Shown: positions 1 through 10,194, counted from the first letter of the stretch. The stretch is DNA of 64,000 bases from an uncultured Flavobacterium sp. (GCF_963974175.1 NZ_CAXBBR010000002.1:165266-229265); one strand, 5' to 3'. A program made the numbers and translations. Notes: generated from the letters alone by a model not told the origin.

Positions 1-383
1 TACATTTACTTTCTGGAAAAGACAAAGAAATTCTCATTTCAAAAGCCGATTTTGAAACTCGAAAGATGACCCATTTTCTTTTGACTGACAATACCAAAAT
101 CAAGAAAAACGAGTACAACATTCCAGAACCCGTTGACGGAATCGAAGTTCCTTCAAATAAAATTGAGGTTGTTTTTATACCCTTATTGGCTTACGACAAA
201 CAAGGCCATCGTGTGGGCTATGGCAAAGGTTTTTATGACCGCTTCTTAAGGGAATGCACCCCAGAAACCATAAAGATTGGGCTTTCATTTTTTGAAGCTG
301 AAGATTCAATTAAAGACATCCATGATGATGACATCAGGATGAATTATTGTATCAATCCAAAAAATAACTATAAGTTCGAATAA
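1..383 (+). CDS. 5-formyltetrahydrofolate cyclo-ligase, C-terminal part (5' end outside window)
   Basis: Frame of track ORF 66..383 stays open back to base 3. GHRVGYGKGFYDRFL motif is typical of the MTHFS family. Confidence 0.8.
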   Translation, partial: HLLSGKDKEILISKADFETRKMTHFLLTDNTKIKKNEYNIPEPVDGIEVPSNKIEVVFIPLLAYDKQGHRVGYGKGFYDRFLRECTPETIKIGLSFFEAEDSIKDIHDDDIRMNYCINPKNNYKFE

Positions 384-421
384 TAACACCTAATTTCGCA
401 GTCTAAAAAATATTTTAACTT

Positions 422-616
422 ATGAAAGTTACTAAAACTTCAAAATTTGTTATGACCGTTATGGTTATTCTGTTTACTATATCATTGTCAAGTTGTAGCT
501 TCAGAACCACAACACACAAGTCAAATTATAAAGCAAAAAGAATTCCACCTGGGCAAGCCAAAAAGATTAATGGCAGTAAAAGCGCAAAATATTATGCTCC
601 AGGGCATAATAAATAA
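422..616 (+). CDS. small putative lipoprotein
   Basis: 64 aa. Signal peptide with lipobox-like LSSC. Followed by a clean hairpin terminator. Confidence 0.5.
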   Translation: MKVTKTSKFVMTVMVILFTISLSSCSFRTTTHKSNYKAKRIPPGQAKKINGSKSAKYYAPGHNK

Positions 617-658
617 TAAAAAAAGACCAACTCAGTATTTGAATTGGTCTTTTTTTTA
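617..658. terminator. bidirectional rho-independent terminator
   Basis: Stem AGACCAA/TTGGTCT flanked by an A-run and a T-run, between convergent genes. Confidence 0.7.
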
Positions 659-673
659 TCTGAGTTTTTAAGT

Positions 674-1273
674 CTAACTCTTATGAAACGCTTTTTTATT
701 GAAAAATATTAATATCCCTACACCTGTAGAAATGGCCATATCAGCTACATTGAAAATGGCATTGAAAAAAGTAAAATCTTTACCACCCCAAAGAGGCAAC
801 CAGCTAGGCAGGGTTCCATGCCAAAACGGAAAATAAAACATATCTACTACTTTACCATGAAAATAAGTACCATAGGGCTGATCTGAAAATAACGTGGCTA
901 ATTGAGAGTGGCTATCGTCAAAAATCACACCGTAAAAAACAGAGTCAATTATGTTCCCGAAAGCTCCTGCAAGTATTAGTACGATCGCTACTATCAAATA
1001 ATTTGAACTGTGTTTCTTCTCAACTGAGTCCCACAACCAATACCCAATTCCACCAACAGCAACTAGTCTAAATAGTGTTAGAATTAATTTACCGTAGGTT
1101 CCTGGAATTTCAGTACCCCATGCCATTCCTTCATTTTCGATGAATAGAATCTTGAACCATCTAAAAACTTCCACTTCTTCTCCTAATACAAAACTAGTTT
1201 TGACATATATTTTCGAAACTTGATCAACGATTAATATAATGAAGATAAGTAGATACGCTTTTCGTAATGACAT
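674..1273 (-). CDS. lspA: lipoprotein signal peptidase II
   Basis: Polytopic 199-aa protein with C-terminal FNVADMAISTG motif, in an ileS-dksA-lspA arrangement. Confidence 0.9.
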   Translation of the reverse strand: MSLRKAYLLIFIILIVDQVSKIYVKTSFVLGEEVEVFRWFKILFIENEGMAWGTEIPGTYGKLILTLFRLVAVGGIGYWLWDSVEKKHSSNYLIVAIVLILAGAFGNIIDSVFYGVIFDDSHSQLATLFSDQPYGTYFHGKVVDMFYFPFWHGTLPSWLPLWGGKDFTFFNAIFNVADMAISTGVGILIFFNKKAFHKS

Positions 1274-1319
1274 TTTATAAATTTTAAGTGGCGCAAAAGT
1301 AGTTAAATTCTAAAAAATA

Positions 1320-1367
1320 AATTCCAAATCCCAATAATTTTATAAGTTATTATTGGAATTTGGAATT
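1320..1367. repeat. spacer hairpin built from AATTCCAAAT-type words
   Basis: AATTCCAAATCCCAATAAT / ATTATTGGAATTTGGAATT, 19-nt arms with one mismatch, in the dksA-lspA spacer. Confidence 0.7.
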
Positions 1368-1390
1368 TTACTATTGAAATTTTAAATTTC

Positions 1391-1771
1391 TTATCGTTGC
1401 AAGTTTTTAGCTTCTATACTCATGGTTGCATGAGGAACAATTTTTAATCGATCTTTGCTGATTAGCTTACCTGTAACTCTACATACACCGTATGTTTTAT
1501 TCTCTACACGGAATAATGCATTTTTTAAATCACGGATAAACTTCTCCTGACGGATCGCTAACTGTGAGTTTGCCTCTTTAGACATAGATTCACTACCTTC
1601 CTCAAATGCTTTGAATGTAGGTGATGTATCATCAGTTCCATTATTCAAATCATTCATGTAAGCACTCTTAATCAAATCTAAATCAAACTGTGCTTTGTGA
1701 ATTTTATTTAGAATTATCTCTTTGAACTCTGCCAAATCAGCGTCAGAGTATCTTGTTGGTGCCTCTACCAT
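1391..1771 (-). CDS. DksA/TraR-family regulator (single Cys, non-canonical finger)
   Basis: 126 aa. Coiled-coil N-terminal part and TYGVCRVTGKLISKDRLKIVPHAT C-terminal region. Immediately downstream of ileS. Confidence 0.8.
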   Translation of the reverse strand: MVEAPTRYSDADLAEFKEIILNKIHKAQFDLDLIKSAYMNDLNNGTDDTSPTFKAFEEGSESMSKEANSQLAIRQEKFIRDLKNALFRVENKTYGVCRVTGKLISKDRLKIVPHATMSIEAKNLQR

Positions 1772-1774
1772 AAT

Positions 1775-4700
1775 CTAATTATTTGTAATTAATATTTTCG
1801 TTTGTACGTCGTCAAATTCTATTTCAATTCCATCACTGATACTATCTTCAAAAACCAATTCTTCTGTTAGTGTTTCTGATTTAATATAGTCCACATTCGG
1901 TTTTACCGCCTCTTCCAAAATGTCATTTTTTTGCAAATGCACTTTTATTTTATCCGTCACTTCAAATCCCGAATCCTTTCTGATGTTCTGAATTCTGTTC
2001 ACTAACTCTCTTGCAATTCCTTCTTTTTTCAATTCCGGAGAAATAACAATGTCAAGCGCAACCGTTATTCCATTAGAGTTAGCAACCAACCATCCTTCAA
2101 TATCTTGGGACGAAATTTCCACATCTTCTATTGTTAAAGTTATGCTTTTTCCAGCAATAACAAGCTCTAAGGTTCCATTGCTCTCCAATTGATTGATTTT
2201 TTCAGCAGAAAAACCCTGTATCTCTTTGGAAATCAACCCCATGTCTTTTCCGAAACGAGGCCCTAGCGTCTTGAAATTTGGCTTAATTTGCTTCACTAAA
2301 ACTCCAGAGGCATCATCTAAAAATAAGATTTCTTTAACATTTACCTCCGCTTTTATAAGGTCAGAAACTGCTTCAATTTCATGCCTTTGCTTCTCGTCAA
2401 GTACCGGAATCATTACCTTTTGTAAAGGTTGACGCACCTTAATCATTTCCTTTTTACGGAGTGATAAAACTAATGACGAGATAGTTTGTGCTTTCTGCAT
2501 TTTACTCTCTAACAATTTATTAACAAAGTTTTCAACGTGTTTTGGAAACTCTGCCAAATGTACACTGTCAAATTTTTCTGACTGTGTTGCTAAAGTTAAG
2601 TCTCTGTAAAGCTTGTCCATAAAGAAAGGCGCAATAGGAGCTCCTAATTTACTTATCGTTAATAAACAGGTATATAATGTTTGGTAAGCCGCAATTTTAT
2701 CCTGTGCATACTCGCCTTTCCAAAAACGTCTTCTGCATAAACGAACATACCAGTTACTTAGATTTTCTTGTACGAAATCAGAAATGGCACGAGCTGCTTT
2801 TGTAGGCTCATAATCAGCATAGAAACCATCTACATCTTTTATCAATGTATTCAATTCTGAAATAATCCATTGATCAATTTCAGGTCGCTCATTTAATGGA
2901 ATTTCAGCTTCCTCATATTTAAATCCGTCGATGTTAGCATACAAACTAAAGAACGAATACGTATTGTATAAGGTTCCAAAGAATTTTCTGCGAACCTCAG
3001 CAATTCCCTCAAGGTCAAATTTCAAATTGTCCCAAGGATTTGCATTCGATATCATATACCATCTTGTGGCATCCGGACCGTATTCAGCTAATGTTTCAAA
3101 AGGATCTGCTGCATTTCCTAAACGTTTAGACATTTTTTGTCCATTTTTGTCTAAGACTAATCCATTTGAAACTACATTTTTATAGGCTACTTTATCAAAA
3201 ACCAAAGTCGCAATCGCGTGTAAAGTATAAAACCATCCACGGGTTTGATCCACGCCTTCAGCAATGAAATCAGCCGGAAAATCTTTATTCTCGTCAATTT
3301 TATCTTTGTTTTCAAAAGGATAATGCCATTGTGCATATGGCATAGATCCACTATCAAACCAAACGTCAATCAAATCAGCTTCACGCGTCATTGGTTTCCC
3401 AGAAGCAGAAATTAAGGTGATTTCATCGACTACATTTTTATGTAAATCAATTAAATCATAGTTTTCTTCGTCCATATTTCCTATTTCGAATCCTTTGAAA
3501 GGGTTCTCTTTTTGGAATCCGGCCTGAATTGACTTTTCTATTTCGTTGTATAACTCCTCTACTGAACCTATTAGAATTTCTTCTTGTTTGTCTTCTGTTC
3601 TCCAGATTGGCAATGGGATTCCCCAGAACCTTGAACGAGATAAATTCCAGTCATTGGCATTTTTTATCCAGTTTCCAAAACGACCTTCTCCTGTCGATTT
3701 TGGTTTCCAGTTAATCGTTTCGTTCAGGTCAAACATTCTGTCTCTCACCTCAGTGATTTTTATAAACCAAGAGTCAAGCGGATAGTATAAAATTGGTTTG
3801 TCCGTTCTCCAACAATGTGGGTAACTGTGGACATATTTCTCTACTTTGAATGCTTTATTTTCTTCTTTTAAACGAATTGCAAGTTCTACATCAATAGAAC
3901 GATCTGGCGCTTCACCATCTTCATAATATTCGTTTTTTACATATTTACCAGCATATTCGCCCATATGTGAAGTGAATTTTCCTTGTAAATCTACTAATGG
4001 AACCGGAGTACCACTTTCATCCAAAACCAATAATGGCGGAACTTCTGGTGTTGCTTCTTTCGCTACTTTTGCATCATCTGCACCAAAAGTTGGTGCTGTA
4101 TGTACAATTCCTGTTCCGTCCTCGATTGTAACAAAATCTCCTGAAATTACTCTAAAAGCATTTTCTGGGTTTTGATAAGGCAATGCGAATGGCAACAATT
4201 GCTCGTAACGAATCCCAACTAAATCAGCCCCTTTGCATTCTGCAAGGATCTGGTATGGAATTTTTTTATCTCCTTCTTTATAATTTTCAAAATCAGTAAG
4301 GTCTTTACTTTCATAAAATCCTTTCCCGAATTGTTTTCCAACTAAATTCTTAGCCAAAACGACATTCGTTAATGAAAACGTATATTGATTGAAGGTTTTG
4401 ACTAAAACATACTCAATTTTTGGACCTACAGTCAAAGCTGTATTTGACGGCAAAGTCCATGGCGTTGTTGTCCAAGCCAAGAAATAAACCTCATCAAGAT
4501 CTAAAACTGATAATTTATAATGTTGTAGATTTTTTGAACTGATATAATCATAAAACTTCGAACATAATAGTTCTCTTGACGACTCCAAAACTTTGAATTG
4601 CGCTACAACCGTTGTGTCAGTTACATCTCTATAACTTCCTGGCTGATTCACTTCGTGCGAACTCAATCCTGTTCCTGCTTTTGGAGAATAAGGTTGAATG

Positions 4701-5236
4701 GTGTAGCCTTTGTACATCAAATCTTTATTATAGATTTGTTTAAGCAACCACCAAACCGTTTCCATATATTTAGGTTTATAAGTCACATATGGATCTTCCA
4801 TATCTACCCAATAGCCCATTTTTTCAGTCAAATCATTCCATACATCAGTATAACGCATTACGGTTTTTTTACAAGCCTCGTTATATTCTTCGATGGAAAT
4901 AGACTTTCCTATATCTTCTTTTGTAATACCTAATTCTTTCTCGGTACCTAATTCCACAGGTAATCCGTGAGTATCCCAACCTGCTTTACGCTTAACTTGG
5001 AATCCTTTTTGTGTTTTATATCTGCAAAAAATATCTTTGATGGCGCGTGCCATTACATGGTGAATTCCCGGTAATCCATTTGCCGAAGGCGGACCTTCAA
5101 AAAATACGTAAGGAGTATTCCCTTCACGTGTAGTTACACTTTTCTCAAAGATGTTTTCTTTTTTCCAAAAATCTAGTACTTCTGATGCTACAGTTGGTAA
5201 GTCAAGTCCTTTGTATTCAGTAAATTTTGTGCTCAT
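1775..5236 (-). CDS. ileS: isoleucine--tRNA ligase (long type-2 form)
   Basis: GLPGIHHVMAR (HIGH-like) and KMSKRLGN (KMSKS) motifs. Start moved from track position 5341 to the ATG at 5236 (MSTKFTEYKGLDL). Confidence 0.95.
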   Translation of the reverse strand: MSTKFTEYKGLDLPTVASEVLDFWKKENIFEKSVTTREGNTPYVFFEGPPSANGLPGIHHVMARAIKDIFCRYKTQKGFQVKRKAGWDTHGLPVELGTEKELGITKEDIGKSISIEEYNEACKKTVMRYTDVWNDLTEKMGYWVDMEDPYVTYKPKYMETVWWLLKQIYNKDLMYKGYTIQPYSPKAGTGLSSHEVNQPGSYRDVTDTTVVAQFKVLESSRELLCSKFYDYISSKNLQHYKLSVLDLDEVYFLAWTTTPWTLPSNTALTVGPKIEYVLVKTFNQYTFSLTNVVLAKNLVGKQFGKGFYESKDLTDFENYKEGDKKIPYQILAECKGADLVGIRYEQLLPFALPYQNPENAFRVISGDFVTIEDGTGIVHTAPTFGADDAKVAKEATPEVPPLLVLDESGTPVPLVDLQGKFTSHMGEYAGKYVKNEYYEDGEAPDRSIDVELAIRLKEENKAFKVEKYVHSYPHCWRTDKPILYYPLDSWFIKITEVRDRMFDLNETINWKPKSTGEGRFGNWIKNANDWNLSRSRFWGIPLPIWRTEDKQEEILIGSVEELYNEIEKSIQAGFQKENPFKGFEIGNMDEENYDLIDLHKNVVDEITLISASGKPMTREADLIDVWFDSGSMPYAQWHYPFENKDKIDENKDFPADFIAEGVDQTRGWFYTLHAIATLVFDKVAYKNVVSNGLVLDKNGQKMSKRLGNAADPFETLAEYGPDATRWYMISNANPWDNLKFDLEGIAEVRRKFFGTLYNTYSFFSLYANIDGFKYEEAEIPLNERPEIDQWIISELNTLIKDVDGFYADYEPTKAARAISDFVQENLSNWYVRLCRRRFWKGEYAQDKIAAYQTLYTCLLTISKLGAPIAPFFMDKLYRDLTLATQSEKFDSVHLAEFPKHVENFVNKLLESKMQKAQTISSLVLSLRKKEMIKVRQPLQKVMIPVLDEKQRHEIEAVSDLIKAEVNVKEILFLDDASGVLVKQIKPNFKTLGPRFGKDMGLISKEIQGFSAEKINQLESNGTLELVIAGKSITLTIEDVEISSQDIEGWLVANSNGITVALDIVISPELKKEGIARELVNRIQNIRKDSGFEVTDKIKVHLQKNDILEEAVKPNVDYIKSETLTEELVFEDSISDGIEIEFDDVQTKILITNN

Positions 5237-5368
5237 TTTATCCTTTTCTTTAATCGATGTGCGAAAGTAAGGAATTTTGAATAAAACAAAGAAAAGTAAA
5301 GCATAAATAGCTGAATGTAATAGTACAATTCGGCAAACCATCCATTAAACTATTCAATTTGTAGGTTT

Positions 5369-6082
5369 TTATGAAAAAACCTCTTTTAGAACCTCTACTG
5401 ATTTTGGTTTTTTGAAGCCATCAAGATGCATCATATAATAATCAATAAGGATTTTCAAAACCAGCTGTCTTTCAATAACGTGGAATACTTTTTGGTCATT
5501 ATCAAATCGTAAAGTGATGAGTTTTTTAAACAAATTTGTTTCATGCGCGGTCAAGGAGCTAATGGCATGAAAGGGAGTAAAAACACCATTTGTCATTTCA
5601 AAAAAAGGCATATCCATATCAGAAATATCGGGGTAAAAACCTAAGTACTTTGTAGTTTCCAGCATTAAAATCAAATGAAAATTAGCTATTTCATCGTGGT
5701 TATCAAGCCAAAGCAATGCAGCTTCTAGAAAGTCAAAAAGCGATTCGTTTTTTTCTTCTTCGTGGATCGAATGATGCAAAACTTCAGAAATAAACATCAC
5801 AATCGTGCTCTTGTAAATATCGGAGTGTATTGTTTGAAAGGGTGTACTTATTTTTATTTCTTTAAAATTCTCCAAAGTGCCTTTGTTCTTATGTACTGCT
5901 TCTATTTCGAGAATAGACAACGGTTGGAAATAGGCTATTTTTTGGTTTGATTTTCGTCCAGAAAACGCATCACGAACGAAGTAAGACTTTAATCCATGCG
6001 ATTGAGTAAAGCATTTTACAATCAAGCTTTTTTCCTGGAATTTTATCGATGAAAGAACTATCGCTTTTGTTTTGACTTGCAT
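5369..6082 (-). CDS. recO: DNA repair protein RecO
   Basis: 237 aa. N-terminal OB-fold-like KAIVLSSIKFQEKSLIVKCFT and overall RecO-like layout. Confidence 0.85.
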   Translation of the reverse strand: MQVKTKAIVLSSIKFQEKSLIVKCFTQSHGLKSYFVRDAFSGRKSNQKIAYFQPLSILEIEAVHKNKGTLENFKEIKISTPFQTIHSDIYKSTIVMFISEVLHHSIHEEEKNESLFDFLEAALLWLDNHDEIANFHLILMLETTKYLGFYPDISDMDMPFFEMTNGVFTPFHAISSLTAHETNLFKKLITLRFDNDQKVFHVIERQLVLKILIDYYMMHLDGFKKPKSVEVLKEVFS

Positions 6083-6093
6083 TTTTTAGGTAT

Positions 6094-6151
6094 TGGATTT
6101 TAGGTTTTAGGTGTTGGTTTTGAAGACACTAACACCTAGCACCTGAAACCT
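6094..6151. repeat. spacer hairpin built from AGGT(T/G)TT words
   Basis: TAGGTGTT pairs with AACACCTA and AGGTTT with AAACCT. Repeated words allow alternative pairings. Lies between the propeller-protein stop and the recO start. Confidence 0.6.
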
Positions 6152-8438
6152 ATCTGATTATCATCACTTTTTTAACTTTGGTTTCCACTCCGTCTTGCGC
6201 CGATATGAAAATCATATACACCCCCGAAGCCACCTTGTATTTCCCAAAAGCGGTTGTGTCCCATTCTATTGTACCTCCTTCTGAAATAACTTCATACACT
6301 AAATTACCCGCAATATCAGTGATTTTCACATTCGCTTTATTGATTAATCCAGCGATTTTTACCGTTCCGTCATATTCAGGCCGCACTGGGTTTGGGTAAA
6401 CATAAGCATTACTTAAGTCTTCACTTGCTGCTGTTGCAATGCCTTTAAATGAAATCAGCCCTTTGGCTGTCGCGATAAAAACTTCGCCAGTTGTACTATT
6501 TATATCAATGTCATTAATAACATTACTTGGCAAAGGTGAATTGTTTATCGTAAAATGATATTTCGTCTCTTGACCGTTCGCCGATACCATAAACAAACCA
6601 GAATCTGCAGTACCTATCCATTTATTGTTTGCCCCATCGACTGAAATATCTGTGATAAATTGCTCATAAAGTAATTCTTGAGCAAGGTTGTCATCTAATA
6701 TAATTATAGGATTAGCCGTTAGTTGATCCGCGGTTTGAAAACTCCCCACGTTAGACAATACTCGTAAACCCTTTATCGTCCCTATCCACAGTTGATTTCG
6801 ATTATCTATAGCCAAAGCCCTAACATCTGAAGCTGGCAAATTTCCTTTGTCAGTACCCATCGTAATTTTTTTGAACGTATTATTACTTTCGTTAAAACCA
6901 ACGACACCATCTCTATTTGTCGCCATCCATTTAGTCCCGTTCTTATCAATAACCATTCTACCAAAACTATTGTCTTCACTGGCGTCTAATATATTGTCTG
7001 TCGAAAAACTCTGCCAGTCCCCACTAGTTTTCAATACTTTTAATCCATTTTTTACCCGGCTGTTTGTAACCCAAAAAGCTCCGTTTTTATCAAATGCGGC
7101 TCCGTTTATTCGAACATCAAAATAATTAGGACCAACAAAACTTAACGATTCTAAACCGCTATTGGTTTGATTATATAAAAAGCTAGGCTTGTCCGCTTCT
7201 ATTTTTAATAATCCCGAAAAGAACGAACTGGCATATACTTCATCCTCTTTATTTGGATTCACCGTTATTCTACAAATTGATTTCGTTCCTAAAACTGATT
7301 TATAAGGAATATTTAACCATCCGGACTGACTGTATTTACTAATACCATAGCTATCTAAGTCATATGGGTTATAAGCAAAATCATAGTCACCATAAACTGC
7401 CCACAAGGAACTTGATGTTGTTTGAAAGGCAAAAATATTATTTCTTGAAGGCCCCATAGGGGTTGTGTTTTCAAAAACAGAAACGGTGGCGATTGTTGTG
7501 GTTAGCAAACCATTTTCTTTTGTTCCAATGTAAATCACATCATTAATACTTGTGGCACAACTAAAAACAGGAATATAATCTGGTATTTGATTGTTATTTA
7601 TTTGGCGTACTAAAATCAATTGTTTGCTATATACGTAAACATTGGCAGCGGTAGTTAAGATTAAATAAGTTCCATTAGCCCGTATGTCCAGTGCAGGCTG
7701 AGATAGTGTGGTAAAGCCCACAAACGAATTTGTATTTGCATTGTATTTATTTACATTTCCCGAATTATTAACTGCAATTAGCTCCGTTCCAAAAACTTCT
7801 ATACCAGACCAACTTCCGGTTGTCACCAACTCCCATTGCTTGTAGTCATTTAAATTTTTACTTGAAATTGCAGCACGTCGAACGCCATTATCAGTGGCAG
7901 CATAAATAGATCCGTTATGAACTGCCGTTTGTCTGACACTTATTTCTGCACCTTCATCGCCAATGAAATAGGTATCACCAAAAAGCATACTTTTTAAATC
8001 AAATTGAACAATACCAAAGTCACAGGAAACATATACAATCCCATCAAACTCCATGAAATGATTTACTTTTTTCATGTTTGCAGGAAGTTGTTTATTGATA
8101 ATATCAACCACTTTCAACATGCTACCATCAGATTCATTGATCACGATCATAAGTCCGTTTTCATAACCGATTAATGTTTTATTAAAAATAGCGCTATAGT
8201 AAAGAGAGCTTATCGTTTGGCCTGAAAGCCCATCAACTGTATTGGTTGTTTTTATTTGATTGTCAGTTGTGTTTTTCGAAAACAAAGCATTTTCTGAGGC
8301 AGCAAAGATTGTAGTAGAAGAGGCTGAAACATCTTTAATCTCATTATATGAAAAATAGCCCTGCCACAACAAATTATTTTGGGAAAAACCCATTTGGGTG
8401 AGTAGTAAAATTAGAAGGCTATAAAATATTTTTTTCAT
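6150..8438 (-). CDS. secreted double beta-propeller protein with T9SS C-terminal sorting domain (PorZ-like candidate)
   Basis: Signal peptide, two-component-regulator-propeller-like repeats, and a C-terminal YVYPNPV...VKKVMIIR Por secretion tail. Size (762 aa) and architecture resemble PorZ. Confidence 0.75.
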   Translation of the reverse strand: MKKIFYSLLILLLTQMGFSQNNLLWQGYFSYNEIKDVSASSTTIFAASENALFSKNTTDNQIKTTNTVDGLSGQTISSLYYSAIFNKTLIGYENGLMIVINESDGSMLKVVDIINKQLPANMKKVNHFMEFDGIVYVSCDFGIVQFDLKSMLFGDTYFIGDEGAEISVRQTAVHNGSIYAATDNGVRRAAISSKNLNDYKQWELVTTGSWSGIEVFGTELIAVNNSGNVNKYNANTNSFVGFTTLSQPALDIRANGTYLILTTAANVYVYSKQLILVRQINNNQIPDYIPVFSCATSINDVIYIGTKENGLLTTTIATVSVFENTTPMGPSRNNIFAFQTTSSSLWAVYGDYDFAYNPYDLDSYGISKYSQSGWLNIPYKSVLGTKSICRITVNPNKEDEVYASSFFSGLLKIEADKPSFLYNQTNSGLESLSFVGPNYFDVRINGAAFDKNGAFWVTNSRVKNGLKVLKTSGDWQSFSTDNILDASEDNSFGRMVIDKNGTKWMATNRDGVVGFNESNNTFKKITMGTDKGNLPASDVRALAIDNRNQLWIGTIKGLRVLSNVGSFQTADQLTANPIIILDDNLAQELLYEQFITDISVDGANNKWIGTADSGLFMVSANGQETKYHFTINNSPLPSNVINDIDINSTTGEVFIATAKGLISFKGIATAASEDLSNAYVYPNPVRPEYDGTVKIAGLINKANVKITDIAGNLVYEVISEGGTIEWDTTAFGKYKVASGVYMIFISAQDGVETKVKKVMIIR

Positions 8439-8502
8439 TATAAATGGTACTTATGATTCACAAATATAGCACAAACGAAAGTATTCGGTTTTTGTTCTAA
8501 TC

Positions 8503-8551
8503 AAAAAAAATGCCTTCTACCCAATCTCGAAGTATCGAGATGGCAGAAGGC
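8503..8551 (-). terminator. rho-independent terminator of gdhA
   Basis: Compound hairpin TGCCTTCT...AGAAGGCA followed on the minus strand by T8. Confidence 0.75.
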
Positions 8552-8574
8552 ATTTAATTTATTTAAAAAAAGAT

Positions 8575-9918
8575 TTATACCACTCCTTGAGCAAGCATAG
8601 CGTCAGCTACTTTTACAAATCCAGCAATGTTAGCTCCTTTTACGTAGTCAACATATCCTGAAGCATCCTTACCGTACTGCACACATGAAGCATGAATAGC
8701 AAGCATAATTCCTTTTAATTTTTCATCTACTTCTTCAGAAGACCAGCTTAATCTTAAAGAGTTTTGAGACATCTCTAAACCTGAAGTTGCAACTCCACCT
8801 GCATTAGATGCTTTTCCTGGAGCAAATAACAATTTAGCATTTTGAAACACTAAAACAGCATCTGGTGTTGTAGGCATGTTAGCTCCTTCAGCCACACAAA
8901 TACATCCGTTTGCCACTAAAGCTTTAGCTTCGTCTTCGTTCAATTCATTTTGAGTTGCACAAGGTAATGCAATATCACATTTCACTTCCCATGGACGTTT
9001 CCCTGCGAAATATTTAGCGTTTGGATATTTAGTAACATAGTCACTAATTCTTCCTCTCAATTCATTTTTAATTTCCATCACGTGTGCTAGTTTATCAGCA
9101 TCAATACCGTCAGCATCGTAGATGTATCCAGCCGAATCCGACATAGTTACTACTTTACCACCTAATTGAGTTGCTTTTTCAGTAGCATATTGTGCAACGT
9201 TTCCTGAACCAGAAACAACAACTGTTTTACCTGCAAAACTATTTCCTTTCGTTTCTAACATACTTTGTGCAAAATAAACTGCTCCGTATCCTGTAGCTTC
9301 AGGTCTGATTAATGAACCTCCGAAAGAAATTCCTTTACCAGTTAAAACTCCTGTAAATTCATTTCTTAGTCTTTTATATTGACCAAACATGAATCCAACT
9401 TCTCTTCCTCCAACACCGATATCACCAGCAGGTACATCCGTATTTGCTCCAATATGCTTAGACAATTCAGTCATGAAACTTTGGCAAAAACGCATTACTT
9501 CATTATCTGATTTCCCTTTTGGATCAAAATCAGCTCCACCTTTTCCACCACCCATTGGCAATGTAGTTAAGCTGTTTTTAAAAGTTTGTTCGAAAGCCAA
9601 GAACTTCAAGATGCTTAGGTTCACAGAAGGGTGAAAACGAAGTCCTCCTTTATATGGTCCTATAGCAGAGTTCATTTGAATACGGTATCCTCTATTTACT
9701 TGAGTAGCCCCTTTATCATCAATCCAAGCTACACGAAACATAATGATTCGATCAGACTCAACCATTCTCTCCAAAAGCATTTTGTTTTGGTATTTTTTAT
9801 TTTCTTCAATGAAAGGAATTACTGTTTCAGCAACTTCTAAAACTGCCTGCAAAAATTCTGGCTCGTTTGGGTTTTTTTTAGTAACCTCTTCAATAAAAGT
9901 AGTAATACTTTGTGACAT
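8575..9918 (-). CDS. gdhA: NADP-specific glutamate dehydrogenase
   Basis: PMGGGKGGADFDPKGKS catalytic-Lys region and overall Glu/Leu/Phe/Val dehydrogenase layout. Confidence 0.95.
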   Translation of the reverse strand: MSQSITTFIEEVTKKNPNEPEFLQAVLEVAETVIPFIEENKKYQNKMLLERMVESDRIIMFRVAWIDDKGATQVNRGYRIQMNSAIGPYKGGLRFHPSVNLSILKFLAFEQTFKNSLTTLPMGGGKGGADFDPKGKSDNEVMRFCQSFMTELSKHIGANTDVPAGDIGVGGREVGFMFGQYKRLRNEFTGVLTGKGISFGGSLIRPEATGYGAVYFAQSMLETKGNSFAGKTVVVSGSGNVAQYATEKATQLGGKVVTMSDSAGYIYDADGIDADKLAHVMEIKNELRGRISDYVTKYPNAKYFAGKRPWEVKCDIALPCATQNELNEDEAKALVANGCICVAEGANMPTTPDAVLVFQNAKLLFAPGKASNAGGVATSGLEMSQNSLRLSWSSEEVDEKLKGIMLAIHASCVQYGKDASGYVDYVKGANIAGFVKVADAMLAQGVV

Positions 9919-10161
9919 GATTCTTAGATTATTAACGTTTAAGAAAACGTTTTCGTTAGTGACAACAAAGATACGAGTTCTTAGAATATTTCTTAATAAT
10001 ATTTCACTATATCTTGGTGAATTATCTTTTTATCAATCATTCTTTAAAAAATCAGGATTTGAAGTTGCCTTTTATTGAAAAACGTTGTACTTTTCTTAAG
10101 CAATTTAGCTTTTAATTATTTATTTTTAAATTTATTTTTAAGGGATGAATGATGTTTTTTA

Positions 10162-10169
10162 TATATTTG
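10162..10169 (+). promoter_or_regulatory. Bacteroidota -7 box TATATTTG
   Basis: Matches TAnnTTTG about 25 nt upstream of the ATG at 10195. Confidence 0.45.
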
Positions 10170-10194
10170 TCAGGACTTGAAATTTTAACCAAAA

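Noticed and set aside
2193-4933. Several 60-111-aa plus-strand ORFs inside ileS (2193..2432, 2931..3185, 3529..3785, 3972..4175, 4598..4933)
   Set aside because: They lie antisense to a strongly supported aaRS gene, have low-complexity or odd composition, and have no upstream signals. They are typical shadow ORFs.
5237-5341. 35-codon N-terminal extension of ileS in the track ORF (MVCRIVLLHSAIYALLFF...)
   Set aside because: The hydrophobic, non-conserved-looking extension precedes a canonical MSTKFTEYKGLDL start at an ATG. The extension most likely reflects the absence of an in-frame stop in the leader.
5237-5368. T-box, riboswitch or leader structures upstream of ileS, pheS and the Cys/Met PLP gene
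   Set aside because: The leaders are short (about 20-130 nt), and I could not recognise any specifier/T-box or SAM-type conserved core. This was not checked with covariance models.
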